Origin: Planctomycetota bacterium
GTDB lineage: Bacteria; Planctomycetota; UBA1135; UBA2386
Direction: 5' to 3'
NCBI GenBank assembly: GCA_965228735.1
Contig: OZ245838.1
Coordinates: forward strand, 5,184,001 to 5,248,000
DNA: 64,000 nucleotides
Part shown: positions 30,417 to 40,798 of the stretch, piece by piece
Position numbering within the stretch: the stretch's first letter is position 1
How the letters are laid out: every line of letters starts with the position of its first letter
The notes under the pieces: generated by a model
The model's database searches: none
Told to the model about the DNA's origin: nothing
Seen by the model: only the letters and a program-made list of their open reading frames with translations
Made by a program: the position numbers and the translations under genes

Positions 30417-33400
30417 ATGATCGTCGCATTCGCAGTTCTCGTGGCAGTCGCGTCCGCTCAGACGTCAGCTTCGCCGCCCACCAAGCCCGATCCTTGCCCC
30501 AAGGAGAGGGGCATTGAGCTGACGCAGCCCATCACCGACCACCGCGGTGATGTTGAGGTCGAGGTTCACGGAAGCGACGACGAGGAGGATGACGTCCCCA
30601 TCACGGGAGTGCCGACAGGGGGGGAGACAGAGGGGCAGGGCGGGGGCTGCATCCTCGACAGCAATCCGGCGCGATGCGGCGATGACACTGGGCAGGTTCG
30701 GCAAGTGCCGGAAAAGCCCGTCGAGCCTAGCAGTGGCGTGGGCGCTTGTCCTCCCACTGGGCAACCCGGGTATGTCTACCTCCAAAACAACATATGCGAG
30801 TGGAAAGACGTCAACAATGACGCAGCCCTCGAGTGCGTGTGTGAGATATCGCTCCGGCCGCCCGGCTCTATGCCACCACCACCCGTATACAGTCCCGCCG
30901 ATCCGGTTGCTTACCCTGGCGGATTCTACATAGCCGACGCTCGTGACGGGGTGATCAAATACTCATTCTGGGATGCCAACGGAAACAAGCTGCCGCGCAT
31001 AGAGATCAGGAAGCCCGACGGTTCGATCTACCGGTATGAGGAGATCAATATCGTACCAAACGTGCGATCCTACAAGCTCGTAGAGGCGCTCGACTCGCAC
31101 GACAACACGACGAAGTACGAATGGGACGTGAACGGTCGATTGACCGAGGTTCATAGGCCCGACGGGATCACCGAGTCATGGAACTACGCGCCGTCATGGA
31201 TTGACAACGCAATCTGGCATCCAGCGAACTACTCCGGCATCGAGATCACGTATTACGACCACGTTAACCTGACGAGCTTGCCGGAACTGACTTGGTATCT
31301 GCTCTTCAAGAAGAATGGTGGCGGGCCACTCTTAGGCGATCTGCTCTATCGCAAGTACGCGCCGCGGGCCGACTACTTAGCCGACACTGCGGCCCTCGGT
31401 GGTCAGCTCTACGACGAAAGCTCAAAGGCTGTTGGGCACTCGGTGTACCAGTTCACCTATGAGCCCGATCCTAATCAGGTCTTGATCGAGCGGGTCGAGC
31501 AGTTCATTGCAGGGAGCATCCTTCCTAACACTGAAGGTCCATCCGAGACTGTGAGGGAGTTCGAGTGGGTTCTCGCGGGCGACCGGAAGCGGGTGCAGAA
31601 AGAGACGGTCTCGCTCACTGGAGAGGTTTACACGTTCACCTATACCGTGGATCCGGCCGAGGACTCTAGGGTTCTAGAGTCACGTCGCACAGCCTCGGAC
31701 GGAACGGTCCTGATTACGAAGCTGGATGATCACCAGCGCCCGACAGAGGTGACGACGATCCCGACCAATGATAGCGATGGCCGTCCCCGCGCATTTGATA
31801 CTGACAACGGGGGGCACGAAGAGCCAACCCAAATCACCCTGAAGTACGAGTATTCGGATTGTATTTCGTGCGAGTCTCGGCCGACAAAGATAGAGCACTG
31901 GGCCAATGGGAGTTTCACCGGTCGCAGTGTAGAGTACGACTACGACGCGATTACCGGTTATGTGACCGAAGAGCGGGTGATGGATCCGTCAGATGGGGTT
32001 GGCCATGTCGCCACGACTTACGAGTGGAGTCCTCTCGTGCCCGGTGACACGAAGGGGGCCTACAAACTGGACAAGGTGACAACGCCCGACGGCGAAGAGT
32101 GGAACTATACCTACACACTCGTGCCGCGGTTCACTCCGGCCGGTCAGCTTGACCGGGGAAAGAAGATCGAGTTCGAACTGGTTGATGCACCTACCGTGTC
32201 AAGCGGATCGGCGATTCCGCAAGCAGCAACGCAGTACGACGTCAGCAGCCCCGTGTTCATGAGCAGCGGGGGGCAGCAGCGATGGGTTGGCTTCGTGAAG
32301 GCCGTTGTCGATCACGATGGCGTAAATACCACGTTCGAGCACGATACGCTTCTGGGGCACCTGACTGGTGTTGTCCGAAACCCACTAGGCGGGAACGACA
32401 GCGTCGAAGTCAACTTCGTGAACGACCGACTTGGTCGGCCGCTGACTGTGACTACGAATGTCGGGTCGTCCCTAAGTCAGGTGACCTCTATTGTGCGCGA
32501 CGACGCGGGTCGGGTGTCTACCGTCGTGGCGAACGTGGGCTCGCAAACTGTCGAGACTCGCTCGTTCTACGACCGATGGGGGAATGTCTGCGTTAGTCAG
32601 CGTCGCAATGAGAACGCATCGGGCTCAGCGCCAGACGATTACGGCCCGACGCCTCGGGCGGAGGCTGCACGCACTTGGTTGCGGGATGAGTTCCACTGCA
32701 TCGGAAACCGGCTCAGTGCGACGTTCGAAGATCGCCGGCCGCTAGATCGCGACTCCCCTAGCGCGGATCCGCTCGTCGACGCTGCTGAGGCGCGCTATCT
32801 GTTGACAGTGTACGATTGGACTCGGGGAGGGTTCATCAAGAGCATAAGCCACCCAAACGGCTCAGAGACTGTGTTCACATATGACGGCTATCAGTCCCTC
32901 TACAAAGTCGAACATAAGAGCATCGGGCAGCCGACTGTCTTGGACCGAAAGCTATTTGTGAACGATGTGCTAGAAGTGGTACGGGTGTTCCGTGGGGACT
33001 CCAATTTGGAGCTCGCCACAACGATAGAGCGTAATGCCTCTGGCCGTGTCGAGCGCGTAACGGAGCCAGAGCCCGACACGCCGCCCGGTTACACTGGGCC
33101 GCCAACCTACGCCAAGCATGAGTTCGACGCGGATCAGATGGGGCGCATCACCGAGGTTCGCGTTGTCGACGCACTAACCACGAGTGTGGTCGCCCGAGAG
33201 ACGCGTCAGTACGACGAAGTCGGTAGACCATGGATTCGGCGCGCGTTCGACCCATCGGTTCCGGCGACGCCGCTCGCCGTTCACACAACAGAATGGGAGG
33301 GGATGGGCAAGGTCAAGAAAGTCACCGACCCTGCCGGTCGGTTTGTGGAGCGTTCGTACGATGCGCTCGCCCGGCTGACACAGATCAAGGACTCGTTGCC

Positions 33401-36400
33401 CAACAACCCGAACCTCATCGACTACGAGTACGAGGCCAAGACGAACCTCGTGAAGCGCGTCGTGCGCACGGAGTGGGACGAGCTCTCGAGTGCAGCGGCG
33501 GTGCTTGAAACCTCGTACGAATACGACGGGCTTGGCCGGGTCTCGAAGATCCTTGACGGCCCGTCTGGATTCCAGCTAGAGCACGAGTTTGCCTACTACT
33601 CAAGCGGCTTCACGGAGTGGTATCAGGATCCTGAGGACAAGGTCTTTCGATACCTGCCGGATGCCACAGGCCGTCTTGTCGAAAAGTTCCTGCCCGGCAC
33701 CGTGCCGATTTGGAACGAGTCGAGGTACAAGGACTGGACGGGGCTGAATGATCGAACAGAGGTTGTTCGCACGGATGGTCGAGGCCGGGTTACGCGTTCG
33801 ATTCATGACTTCTTCGGGCGCTTGCAGTCAGTCATGAACCCTGGGGCGGCGACCGAGCCGACCTCGACGTCGCCGAGTCAGCCGTTGGCGGAGTATTTCG
33901 TCTATGACGCAGCCTCGAGGCTCACCGGCGTTCATCAGGGTGATGATGTCTTCATTGCCCTCTACCGCGACGGAATGGGGCGGTTGTTGGTGCGGTCGAC
34001 TCCGTCGGCTGGCGCGAATCAGTTCGTGTCGTTCTACCACGGGCGCGACATATTGATTCGCAACGCCTTGGGACAGGTCACCTATGCCGCGAACCTGTAC
34101 GGCGCTGACGGAGGCGGCGGCTCCTATCACCAAGAGGCGCTCGCTCCGGACTCCCTGGGGCGGAACCACCGCGAGTCATTCAAGTTCCTGCTCGGCGACA
34201 ATTGGGTAGACATCGAGAGCGGTTTCTCGGGTGGAGATCAGGTCCGATCCTCGCTGACTTACGACAATAACGCTGGGGGCGACGGGCTTTGGCTCGATTA
34301 CACGCCGGATGCAGTTGGTCGCCTCGGCCAAGTTGATTGGCGGACGACAAGCGGCGGCACGCCCGAAGTGCTGGCGGAGTACAAGCATCAAGGTGGCCGA
34401 AGCCGACAACGCGCCACTCATTGGGCGGCCGGTGGCTCGAGCAGTTTCGACACGAACTATCGCTACGATGTGTCTGCGCGGGTGGATCGGATCACTCAGT
34501 CGTTCGGCGCGAGTGCCACGGTGGAGTTCTCTTACGACGACGCTAGCAACCTGCTTAAGGAGGAATACCAGAAGCAAGGTGGGGCCAGCCAGAAGGGGGA
34601 CCGATTCGCCTACGACGAACATCACCGCCTGGAATCGGCATGGTTGGGCGCAGATCAGCCTGAGCTCAATAGCCCTGGCACTGGTACTTTCGTAGAGAAG
34701 CTCACGTACGGGCTCGACACCGGTAGCAACCGCGACTGGGTGACGACACAGCTCGGGGTGGGAGGTGCTCTCACGACCGCTGACTACGAGACGCAGGATG
34801 CACCGCCGCAGGGGCCAAGCAACCGCTACTCGGATGCCGATGGCGTAGCCCCATTGTACGACGAGCGCGGCAACACGATTTTTGACGGGAATTTCTGCTA
34901 CGTCTACGACGATTTGAACCGGCTCACGGAGGTTTACATCCTGACTGGTGAGGAGTCGTCGTCTGCTTCGACGTCGCCGTCTTCCGGGCCGGCTGCCTCG
35001 GCGCCAAGCTTGTCTAGTCTGCGGGAGGCAGAGTTGGCTCGGGGTCAGTTCGAGGTTGCAAGCGTCGAAGTGCTGCGAATCGCACGATCGAGAATTCTTG
35101 GACGTATTCCTGGCGCGTTGAATTTGCTGCTCGAGCGGCAGTTCAGCTCGTCTTTCCGGGAGGGGTTGAGCGAGTCGATTCCGATAGCTGGTGCCAGCCG
35201 CACCACCAGTGGTTCTTCGTCGGCGTCCTCCGCATCGATGTCGTCGCCCCAATCTGGTAGTCAGGAGGGCGCGACTATGACGCTGTACGCGCTCTATCAA
35301 TACGACGCGATGAACCGGCGTGTGCATCGGACTCGATTCGGGTGGCAAACGTGGTTCACGGCTTGGGATGACTGGAGGGAAGTCGAAGAGCTCGTTTGGA
35401 ACGGCACGAATGTCGTGCCGCAGCGCCAGTTTGTATGGGGTGAGCAGCTCGATGAGCTGATCGCTTACCGGTTCAGGCAGCCGGGCACTGGCCCCGGCTT
35501 CGCGGATTACTTCGTCGCAGAGGGCGGCGCGCATTGTCCGTCTCGTATACTTGACGATTCTGGAAATGTTGTAGAGATTCAGGAATACAGTCCCTATGGC
35601 GCGGTGTCACACTTCTCTGGGGCGGGGGTGCCCCGGCTGGGGTCGGATGGTGCGGTAGGTAACGTCTTTGGGTGGAAGGGGCACAGGTGGGATCCCGAGA
35701 CCGGGCTCTTTTATGCGCGTAATCGGTATTACTCGAGTGCTTGGGGGAGATTCCTGACGCTGGACCCGATCGGAGTATGGGGGGATGTCGTGCAGCGCGG
35801 TAATGGTTATGCATACGGCGCTGCGAGTCCGTTAACAAATAGCGACCCGCTTGGACTTCAAGTCAGCAGCACGCACGCCGCTTGGGCCAAGGAGTACGGG
35901 ATGAAGCCCGGCGACAGTGTTAGTTTCGCCGAGACGCAGTTCTTGCCGGTGTCCGGTAAGCCCTACGAAGGATTGCGGATGTTTGATGATGGCAGGGTCG
36001 CTCCAATAAGCGCGGACGGAGCGATCGTGCTGACGCACTGGATGGATGAGTTGTCGCCTGGGGATCTGGCGATGCGAGATATCTATCATCTCATCGACGG
36101 GGCTTCATTCAATCTGTCCCATGCATGGGGGCCGAGTGTGGAGCCGGAGACTCTCGGTGAAATGGGGCTTCAGGTGGCTGGGTCATTCATTGTTCCTACG
36201 GGCGCGCTTGCCAAGCTCGCCCACAGGGCGGCAAAGCTCAGGAAAATCTGGAACATGGGCCCTCTTGCCCGCGGGCTAATTCTGGAGAGGTGGCTAGGGG
36301 CAAATCTGCCGCAAGGGTTCCGGATCTTTGACAGGTTGAGCAAATGTGGTAAAATCATTACGAGCATTAAGACGATTAAGCTGTCCAGTCCTAGCTACCA

Positions 36401-36623
36401 AAACCCAAATAGGTTGCGATCCTTGATCATGGGTTATGTCAACAAGGTCAGGAACGCATCCGGAACCATCAGGCAGGGTCGAACAAGTATCAACGTCGAT
36501 GGTATGGAGCGAGGGTTGCACATCGGCCTCGATTCTGTCGGCACGCCTGGTCAGCAACGCGTATTGGCGGATATACTCGAGACAGTGACTGATATTAAGA
36601 TCGAGATAACGGTGCTACGATGA
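30417..36623 (+). CDS. Rhs/YD-repeat polymorphic toxin with CdiA-EC869-like nuclease tip
   Basis: Many YD repeats; core DPETGLFYARNRYY..GRFLTLDP; PLTNSDPLGL boundary; tip RGL..E..NLP..F..FD...SIKTI....SY. Start uncertain (30258-30417). Confidence 0.92.
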   Translation: MIVAFAVLVAVASAQTSASPPTKPDPCPKERGIELTQPITDHRGDVEVEVHGSDDEEDDVPITGVPTGGETEGQGGGCILDSNPARCGDDTGQVRQVPEKPVEPSSGVGACPPTGQPGYVYLQNNICEWKDVNNDAALECVCEISLRPPGSMPPPPVYSPADPVAYPGGFYIADARDGVIKYSFWDANGNKLPRIEIRKPDGSIYRYEEINIVPNVRSYKLVEALDSHDNTTKYEWDVNGRLTEVHRPDGITESWNYAPSWIDNAIWHPANYSGIEITYYDHVNLTSLPELTWYLLFKKNGGGPLLGDLLYRKYAPRADYLADTAALGGQLYDESSKAVGHSVYQFTYEPDPNQVLIERVEQFIAGSILPNTEGPSETVREFEWVLAGDRKRVQKETVSLTGEVYTFTYTVDPAEDSRVLESRRTASDGTVLITKLDDHQRPTEVTTIPTNDSDGRPRAFDTDNGGHEEPTQITLKYEYSDCISCESRPTKIEHWANGSFTGRSVEYDYDAITGYVTEERVMDPSDGVGHVATTYEWSPLVPGDTKGAYKLDKVTTPDGEEWNYTYTLVPRFTPAGQLDRGKKIEFELVDAPTVSSGSAIPQAATQYDVSSPVFMSSGGQQRWVGFVKAVVDHDGVNTTFEHDTLLGHLTGVVRNPLGGNDSVEVNFVNDRLGRPLTVTTNVGSSLSQVTSIVRDDAGRVSTVVANVGSQTVETRSFYDRWGNVCVSQRRNENASGSAPDDYGPTPRAEAARTWLRDEFHCIGNRLSATFEDRRPLDRDSPSADPLVDAAEARYLLTVYDWTRGGFIKSISHPNGSETVFTYDGYQSLYKVEHKSIGQPTVLDRKLFVNDVLEVVRVFRGDSNLELATTIERNASGRVERVTEPEPDTPPGYTGPPTYAKHEFDADQMGRITEVRVVDALTTSVVARETRQYDEVGRPWIRRAFDPSVPATPLAVHTTEWEGMGKVKKVTDPAGRFVERSYDALARLTQIKDSLPNNPNLIDYEYEAKTNLVKRVVRTEWDELSSAAAVLETSYEYDGLGRVSKILDGPSGFQLEHEFAYYSSGFTEWYQDPEDKVFRYLPDATGRLVEKFLPGTVPIWNESRYKDWTGLNDRTEVVRTDGRGRVTRSIHDFFGRLQSVMNPGAATEPTSTSPSQPLAEYFVYDAASRLTGVHQGDDVFIALYRDGMGRLLVRSTPSAGANQFVSFYHGRDILIRNALGQVTYAANLYGADGGGGSYHQEALAPDSLGRNHRESFKFLLGDNWVDIESGFSGGDQVRSSLTYDNNAGGDGLWLDYTPDAVGRLGQVDWRTTSGGTPEVLAEYKHQGGRSRQRATHWAAGGSSSFDTNYRYDVSARVDRITQSFGASATVEFSYDDASNLLKEEYQKQGGASQKGDRFAYDEHHRLESAWLGADQPELNSPGTGTFVEKLTYGLDTGSNRDWVTTQLGVGGALTTADYETQDAPPQGPSNRYSDADGVAPLYDERGNTIFDGNFCYVYDDLNRLTEVYILTGEESSSASTSPSSGPAASAPSLSSLREAELARGQFEVASVEVLRIARSRILGRIPGALNLLLERQFSSSFREGLSESIPIAGASRTTSGSSSASSASMSSPQSGSQEGATMTLYALYQYDAMNRRVHRTRFGWQTWFTAWDDWREVEELVWNGTNVVPQRQFVWGEQLDELIAYRFRQPGTGPGFADYFVAEGGAHCPSRILDDSGNVVEIQEYSPYGAVSHFSGAGVPRLGSDGAVGNVFGWKGHRWDPETGLFYARNRYYSSAWGRFLTLDPIGVWGDVVQRGNGYAYGAASPLTNSDPLGLQVSSTHAAWAKEYGMKPGDSVSFAETQFLPVSGKPYEGLRMFDDGRVAPISADGAIVLTHWMDELSPGDLAMRDIYHLIDGASFNLSHAWGPSVEPETLGEMGLQVAGSFIVPTGALAKLAHRAAKLRKIWNMGPLARGLILERWLGANLPQGFRIFDRLSKCGKIITSIKTIKLSSPSYQNPNRLRSLIMGYVNKVRNASGTIRQGRTSINVDGMERGLHIGLDSVGTPGQQRVLADILETVTDIKIEITVLR

Positions 36624-37063
36624 CAAAGGCGACAGCTGCGGCGAACCTTAGACAGTGGAAGGGCGTGTTTATGGCCAACCCCAGCCGTGTCCATGGTGGG
36701 CTTATGGTGGAAGCCCTGCCGGTCATTGTGCTTGCCGAGGACGGGGTGAGCCCCGAGTCCGTCGGAGGCGCAATTCGAGATAGTTTGGAAGTTTCTTCAC
36801 GCTTGAAGGCTTGTGATATGGGATCAGAGGCTGTCCTCCTCAGAGAACTTAGAGCTAGGTCTTGGAGGGAGCTCGAAAGAAAGGCGAAGACAGTTTCAAT
36901 AACGGAAGAGCCTAATGGTATTTGTTTTACTCCGTTGTTCGCGTTCGACGATCCAAGGGAGGGAGAGTACGGGATGTCTGGAGACCTGGAGGTCCGGAGG
37001 CCGCTTGAGTCCTCGCGTGCAGAGCTCGGCGCGCTGGCCCTTGAGTTACTTGGTGGGACATGA
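36620..37063 (+). CDS. Cognate immunity protein, CdiI/DUF1436-like
   Basis: ATGA overlap with the toxin; PESVGGAIR..L and SWREL..KAKTVSI...FTP...ELGA patterns. Confidence 0.75.
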   Translation: MTKATAAANLRQWKGVFMANPSRVHGGLMVEALPVIVLAEDGVSPESVGGAIRDSLEVSSRLKACDMGSEAVLLRELRARSWRELERKAKTVSITEEPNGICFTPLFAFDDPREGEYGMSGDLEVRRPLESSRAELGALALELLGGT

Positions 37064-37118
37064 GTGAGAGTTACAGGTAGCAGGTGGGTACGCTTCGGTT
37101 GGTGACTCTTACCCGTGG

Positions 37119-38630
37119 CTATTGCCATAAGATCTCACGGACCCGAGCCATCCACCGAACCCCGCCACCCACCACTCCCCGAACCAACAGAAACCGCAGC
37201 CTCAACCCCCCGAACTCCAGCAATCCCGCGATGTCGTCGATCCGAAGCTCTACCAACTGCCGCTGCGGCCGGACGGCATCCGGATCACGGAACTCGTAGG
37301 GCGCGCGCAGCCAGTGCCCCTCTTCGCTGCTTGGCGGGGAGTAGGACTTGGCCTGAAGGACGCGCAGCGGTGGTTGAAGGCCGCCTGGGACCATCTCAAG
37401 CCGCTCGAGCCATGTTGTTGGCAGCCGGCGGGCCGCCTTCTGCATCAGCGTCAGGGCGGCGCCGTCGTCGGTCACGAACTCGGGTTCGCCCAGCGCCCGG
37501 CGGACTTGGTTCTCCTCTGAGATCGGCGCTGCTTCGTTCACGTGATCCCCGAGGTCGCGGAGGATCACATCGTGCCAGCCGGTGCGGACCGTGCGCCGCA
37601 CCTGGAAGACCTGCTTTCTCCACTGACCATCGTCATGCAGCTCGTATCGCGGCACCCATGCGGCGTTGAGCTCCGGCAGCACGATTCGCGGCTCCTTGCG
37701 GATCAACTCGAGCAGCTCTTCCGGATCGCGCGGTAGTCGCAGCCCGGACCGGAAGACCGGCTGCGCCTCCACCTCAGCCATCACCCGAGCGATCACGAGG
37801 CCTTCGGGGTCCAGGCCCAGGCGCGGCATCTTCTTGATAAAGCGCTTCGCGGAACGGGTGTCCGGGAACGCCGCGGGCACGGGCGGCAGCTGCAGCACGG
37901 CGGCGTAGTCGGGGAGTCCTTCGTCAGGCCGTGGTCGGCGGTAGAGGATGTAGTTGCCGCGTGGGTCGTGGCGGGTCTTCGTGGCTGGCCGCTTCGTTCG
38001 CGATGCCGGCTTCTGAGCCGCCTCAGTGGCTGGGGCTGCTGGCTCTGCTGCTGATTGGAGTCTGGCCTCCTCGGCCTGCGCTCGTGCCAGAGCGGCCGTC
38101 AGCGCGCCTCTGTGGTCGTGATGCGCCATGTATCGCCACACTGGGCCGTCATCGAGGCTGTCGCCCTGGTAGAGCGCGATCACGTCGGTGACGAGCCGGT
38201 CCGCGGCGAAGACGTCTGGATACTCCTCGAGCTCGAGCCGCCGGACTTCCGGACTCCCACGACCTGAGCCCGGCTCGAGCTCCTCGACGACGACGAGCTC
38301 GCCGCACATCGTCCAGGCGAGCCAGTGAGAGTGGTCGAGCCAGAGGCGGCGATGGGGGTGCCGCCGTTTGCCGCGCAGGCGCGCTTCCTTGGCGTTGAGC
38401 TTGGCGATCTGCCGCTCGACGAACTCGAGCAGCGAGGAGGCGGCGCGGGACGCCTGGAGTGGGTCGCCGGGGCGGCGGAGGTCGCGGACTGGGGTGCGGC
38501 GTTCGCGCTTCGTGGTGGGCGGCCCCGTTGGTCCGGAAGCCGCTCGGAGTCGGAAGCGGTCGCCTGGGTTCCTTGGAGCCCGGGTCGATGGGTTCCAGAG
38601 GTCGGGGTTGGTGACGAAATGAGGGGTCAC
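37119..38630 (-). CDS. Hypothetical protein at the island end
   Basis: 503-aa ORF; a homologous fragment at 13688-13813 supports this frame; start uncertain. Confidence 0.65.
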   Translation of the reverse strand: MTPHFVTNPDLWNPSTRAPRNPGDRFRLRAASGPTGPPTTKRERRTPVRDLRRPGDPLQASRAASSLLEFVERQIAKLNAKEARLRGKRRHPHRRLWLDHSHWLAWTMCGELVVVEELEPGSGRGSPEVRRLELEEYPDVFAADRLVTDVIALYQGDSLDDGPVWRYMAHHDHRGALTAALARAQAEEARLQSAAEPAAPATEAAQKPASRTKRPATKTRHDPRGNYILYRRPRPDEGLPDYAAVLQLPPVPAAFPDTRSAKRFIKKMPRLGLDPEGLVIARVMAEVEAQPVFRSGLRLPRDPEELLELIRKEPRIVLPELNAAWVPRYELHDDGQWRKQVFQVRRTVRTGWHDVILRDLGDHVNEAAPISEENQVRRALGEPEFVTDDGAALTLMQKAARRLPTTWLERLEMVPGGLQPPLRVLQAKSYSPPSSEEGHWLRAPYEFRDPDAVRPQRQLVELRIDDIAGLLEFGGLRLRFLLVRGVVGGGVRWMARVREILWQ

Positions 38631-38874
38631 GATGAGCGCATGTTACGACGCGCGACAGGGGGCGAAGCAGTCGTGTCCGGTGCGCAAGGCGACGGTGCAA
38701 TCGGTCGCGGAAGGCCCGTCCTCAGAAAGGTCGAATTCGACCTTTTGGCGCTCGACCGGGAGCAACCGGGCGCAACCAGCGACCACCAGTTGTCACCCGT
38801 TGCAACCTGTCATCATGGCGGTTATGACGTAAGTGACCTTTGCGTCGGTAGCTCCGCTGATACCCTCGGATCGA

Positions 38875-38919
38875 ATGGGGTGCAGGGGGTCGGAGGTTCA
38901 AATCCTCTCGCTCCGACCA
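38875..38919 (+). other. 3' fragment of tRNA-Pro(GGG), att site
   Basis: atggggtgcagggggtcggaggttcaaatcctctcgctccgacca has anticodon loop, T arm, acceptor strand and CCA; the required 5' strand (cggagcg) is absent. Confidence 0.9.
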
Positions 38920-40379
38920 TTCTTCACTTCCTGCTCTTCGAGCAGGAGGTCGAACGGCGAACGTGCGATCACTTCGAGAGTTGCGCCGTTCAGGGTGAGG
39001 TTCAAACTCACGATGTCGAGGATCAGGCGCTTCGTCGCCGGATCTGCCGTAAGCCACTTCGCGGCAAGCTGGTCGGCGAGTTCAAACGCCTTGACCGCGG
39101 TTTCGCTGCGATCGGTCTGATCCTCGCCCTCGGCCTGGAGGTCCTCCTCCAACTCCGCGGCGCGATCGCGGAGCTGCTGCGCTTTGCGGTGGTAGCTCTG
39201 CTTGTCGATTTCGCCGTCGAGGTGGAGGTCGAGCAGACCGTCAAGACGCTCCCGAACGCGGGTCAGCTCGCCTTGCAGACGAGATCGTCGCGCCTTGGCG
39301 TTGTCTCGGTCCGCGCGTGTTCTCGCTCGGAGCGCCGTGACGAACCAGTCGCGCAGTTCGCGATCGTCGAGTCGGAGCGATCGGAGGAAGTTGAGGACCT
39401 GTTCGTTCAGGTCGCGCTCAGGGACTCGGTGACGTTCGTGCCCGGGTGCATTGTAGCGGCTGCACCGGTAGTAGACGTAACGGCGATCAGCCTTCTTGAT
39501 GACCTCGCCGGTGATGCGCTTCCCGCACTGGCCGCAGTCGATCAGTCCCGCGAAGGTTGCCTCGTGTGTCGAGTATCGGCGGTCGCCAAGCAGGGCTTGC
39601 ACACGCTCGAAGGTCGTGCGGGCGATCAGCGGCTCGTGTGTGCCGGGGTGCCAAGCTCCCTTGTAGGCGACTTCGCCGATGTAGGAGCGATCGCGTAGGA
39701 TCGAGTGCACCTTCGATCGCGTGAACCTCGGGGTCCTGGCTGTGTAGACAATGCCCTCGGCTCGCATCCTCCGTAGGAGTGCGTCGATCGTGCAATCGCC
39801 GCCCGCGTAGAGATCGAACATCCTGTGGACCTTTGGACCGTTCTCCCGATGGATGCGCACTAGGCTCCGTCCGCCCTCATCGCGGTAGTTCTGATAGCCG
39901 AAGGGAGCCTTGTTAGGGAACAGTCCTTCGGCGACCCTCCGATCGCGTGCTTCGATGATCTTCTCGGCACTCTGACGGATCGCGAAGCGCGCGAGAATGC
40001 CCTGAATCCCGATGGTCAGCTCTCCTGCTGGATTCGATCCGTCCAGGCTGCCGTCGACTACGAAGATGCGCAGATCGTAGGCTTCCTGGAGCCGCTCCAG
40101 CTCGGCAAGATCCTGGAGGTTCCGGGCAGCGCGGTCGACGCTCTTGAAGATCACGCCGTCGAGGCGCCGGTGGTGTCGTCGCAAATAGTCGAGCAGCTCG
40201 CGGAAGGCCGTCCGCGAGCTGCTGGTCTTGGCGGACTCGGCGACGGCGAACATCTCAACAATCACCCCATTCAGTCTGCTGGCGTGCGCGTGGACGGCGT
40301 CGTGTTGGCATTCCAGGCTAAAGCCCTCTCGCTCCTGCTCCCGGGACGAAACCCGGCAGAATCCGACGAACCGCTTCAT
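38898..40379 (-). CDS. Large serine recombinase (integrase)
   Basis: CRVSS, DRAARN, recombinase domain APFGY...YIG..G.HEPLI, Zn ribbon CGQCG...YYRC, coiled coil; the stop lies in the tRNA fragment. Confidence 0.95.
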   Translation of the reverse strand: MKRFVGFCRVSSREQEREGFSLECQHDAVHAHASRLNGVIVEMFAVAESAKTSSSRTAFRELLDYLRRHHRRLDGVIFKSVDRAARNLQDLAELERLQEAYDLRIFVVDGSLDGSNPAGELTIGIQGILARFAIRQSAEKIIEARDRRVAEGLFPNKAPFGYQNYRDEGGRSLVRIHRENGPKVHRMFDLYAGGDCTIDALLRRMRAEGIVYTARTPRFTRSKVHSILRDRSYIGEVAYKGAWHPGTHEPLIARTTFERVQALLGDRRYSTHEATFAGLIDCGQCGKRITGEVIKKADRRYVYYRCSRYNAPGHERHRVPERDLNEQVLNFLRSLRLDDRELRDWFVTALRARTRADRDNAKARRSRLQGELTRVRERLDGLLDLHLDGEIDKQSYHRKAQQLRDRAAELEEDLQAEGEDQTDRSETAVKAFELADQLAAKWLTADPATKRLILDIVSLNLTLNGATLEVIARSPFDLLLEEQEVKNGRSERI

Positions 40380-40798
40380 GCGACCCTCCAGCCCGCCAAA
40401 CGACCAATGCTCTGGAGCGCGGACACCGCCGCACTCAGGGACACCGGCGCGAACCGGCGTCTCTGCAGGACGCACGCAGTTTGGGTCAACAAGTCCTCGC
40501 TGACCCACGCGGGGCGCTCTGTCGCTAGTTCCGCAACTTGCGTGCGCATGTGCTCCATCGTTCGTCGACAACACGATACGAGATCCGTTTGCCACCCGCT
40601 GCGCAGCCCGCCTTGCTCGTCCACGTTGTCCAACCACCAACAGCGGATCGCGTAGTTCGCCCAGTAGTCGGTCTCACTCGCGTCCAGGATGAGACGTGCT
40701 TCGTTCTCGAACGACGCGTAGTCATGCTGGGCGAACGCATACATCTCGCGCAACTGCTGTTGCAGCGCTGCGTGAAGCTTCGGGCTCACTCGGCTCAT
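40376..40798 (-). CDS. Hypothetical protein coupled to the LSR
   Basis: ATGA overlaps with both neighbours. Confidence 0.7.
   Translation of the reverse strand: MSRVSPKLHAALQQQLREMYAFAQHDYASFENEARLILDASETDYWANYAIRCWWLDNVDEQGGLRSGWQTDLVSCCRRTMEHMRTQVAELATERPAWVSEDLLTQTACVLQRRRFAPVSLSAAVSALQSIGRLAGWRVA

Larger units (their letters stand above)
1..38919. mobile_element. Genomic island layer A (left end outside window), right end at a duplicated tRNA-Pro 3' fragment
   Basis: Resolvase, RadC, DUF669, defence, toxin and IS cargo. Ends at a tRNA 3' half that lacks its 5' half. Integrase and intact tRNA are not seen in the window. Confidence 0.65.

Noticed and set aside
38843..38919. Complete tRNA-Pro gene
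   Set aside because: No 5' acceptor strand, D arm or pairing anticodon stem; only the 3' 45 bp match
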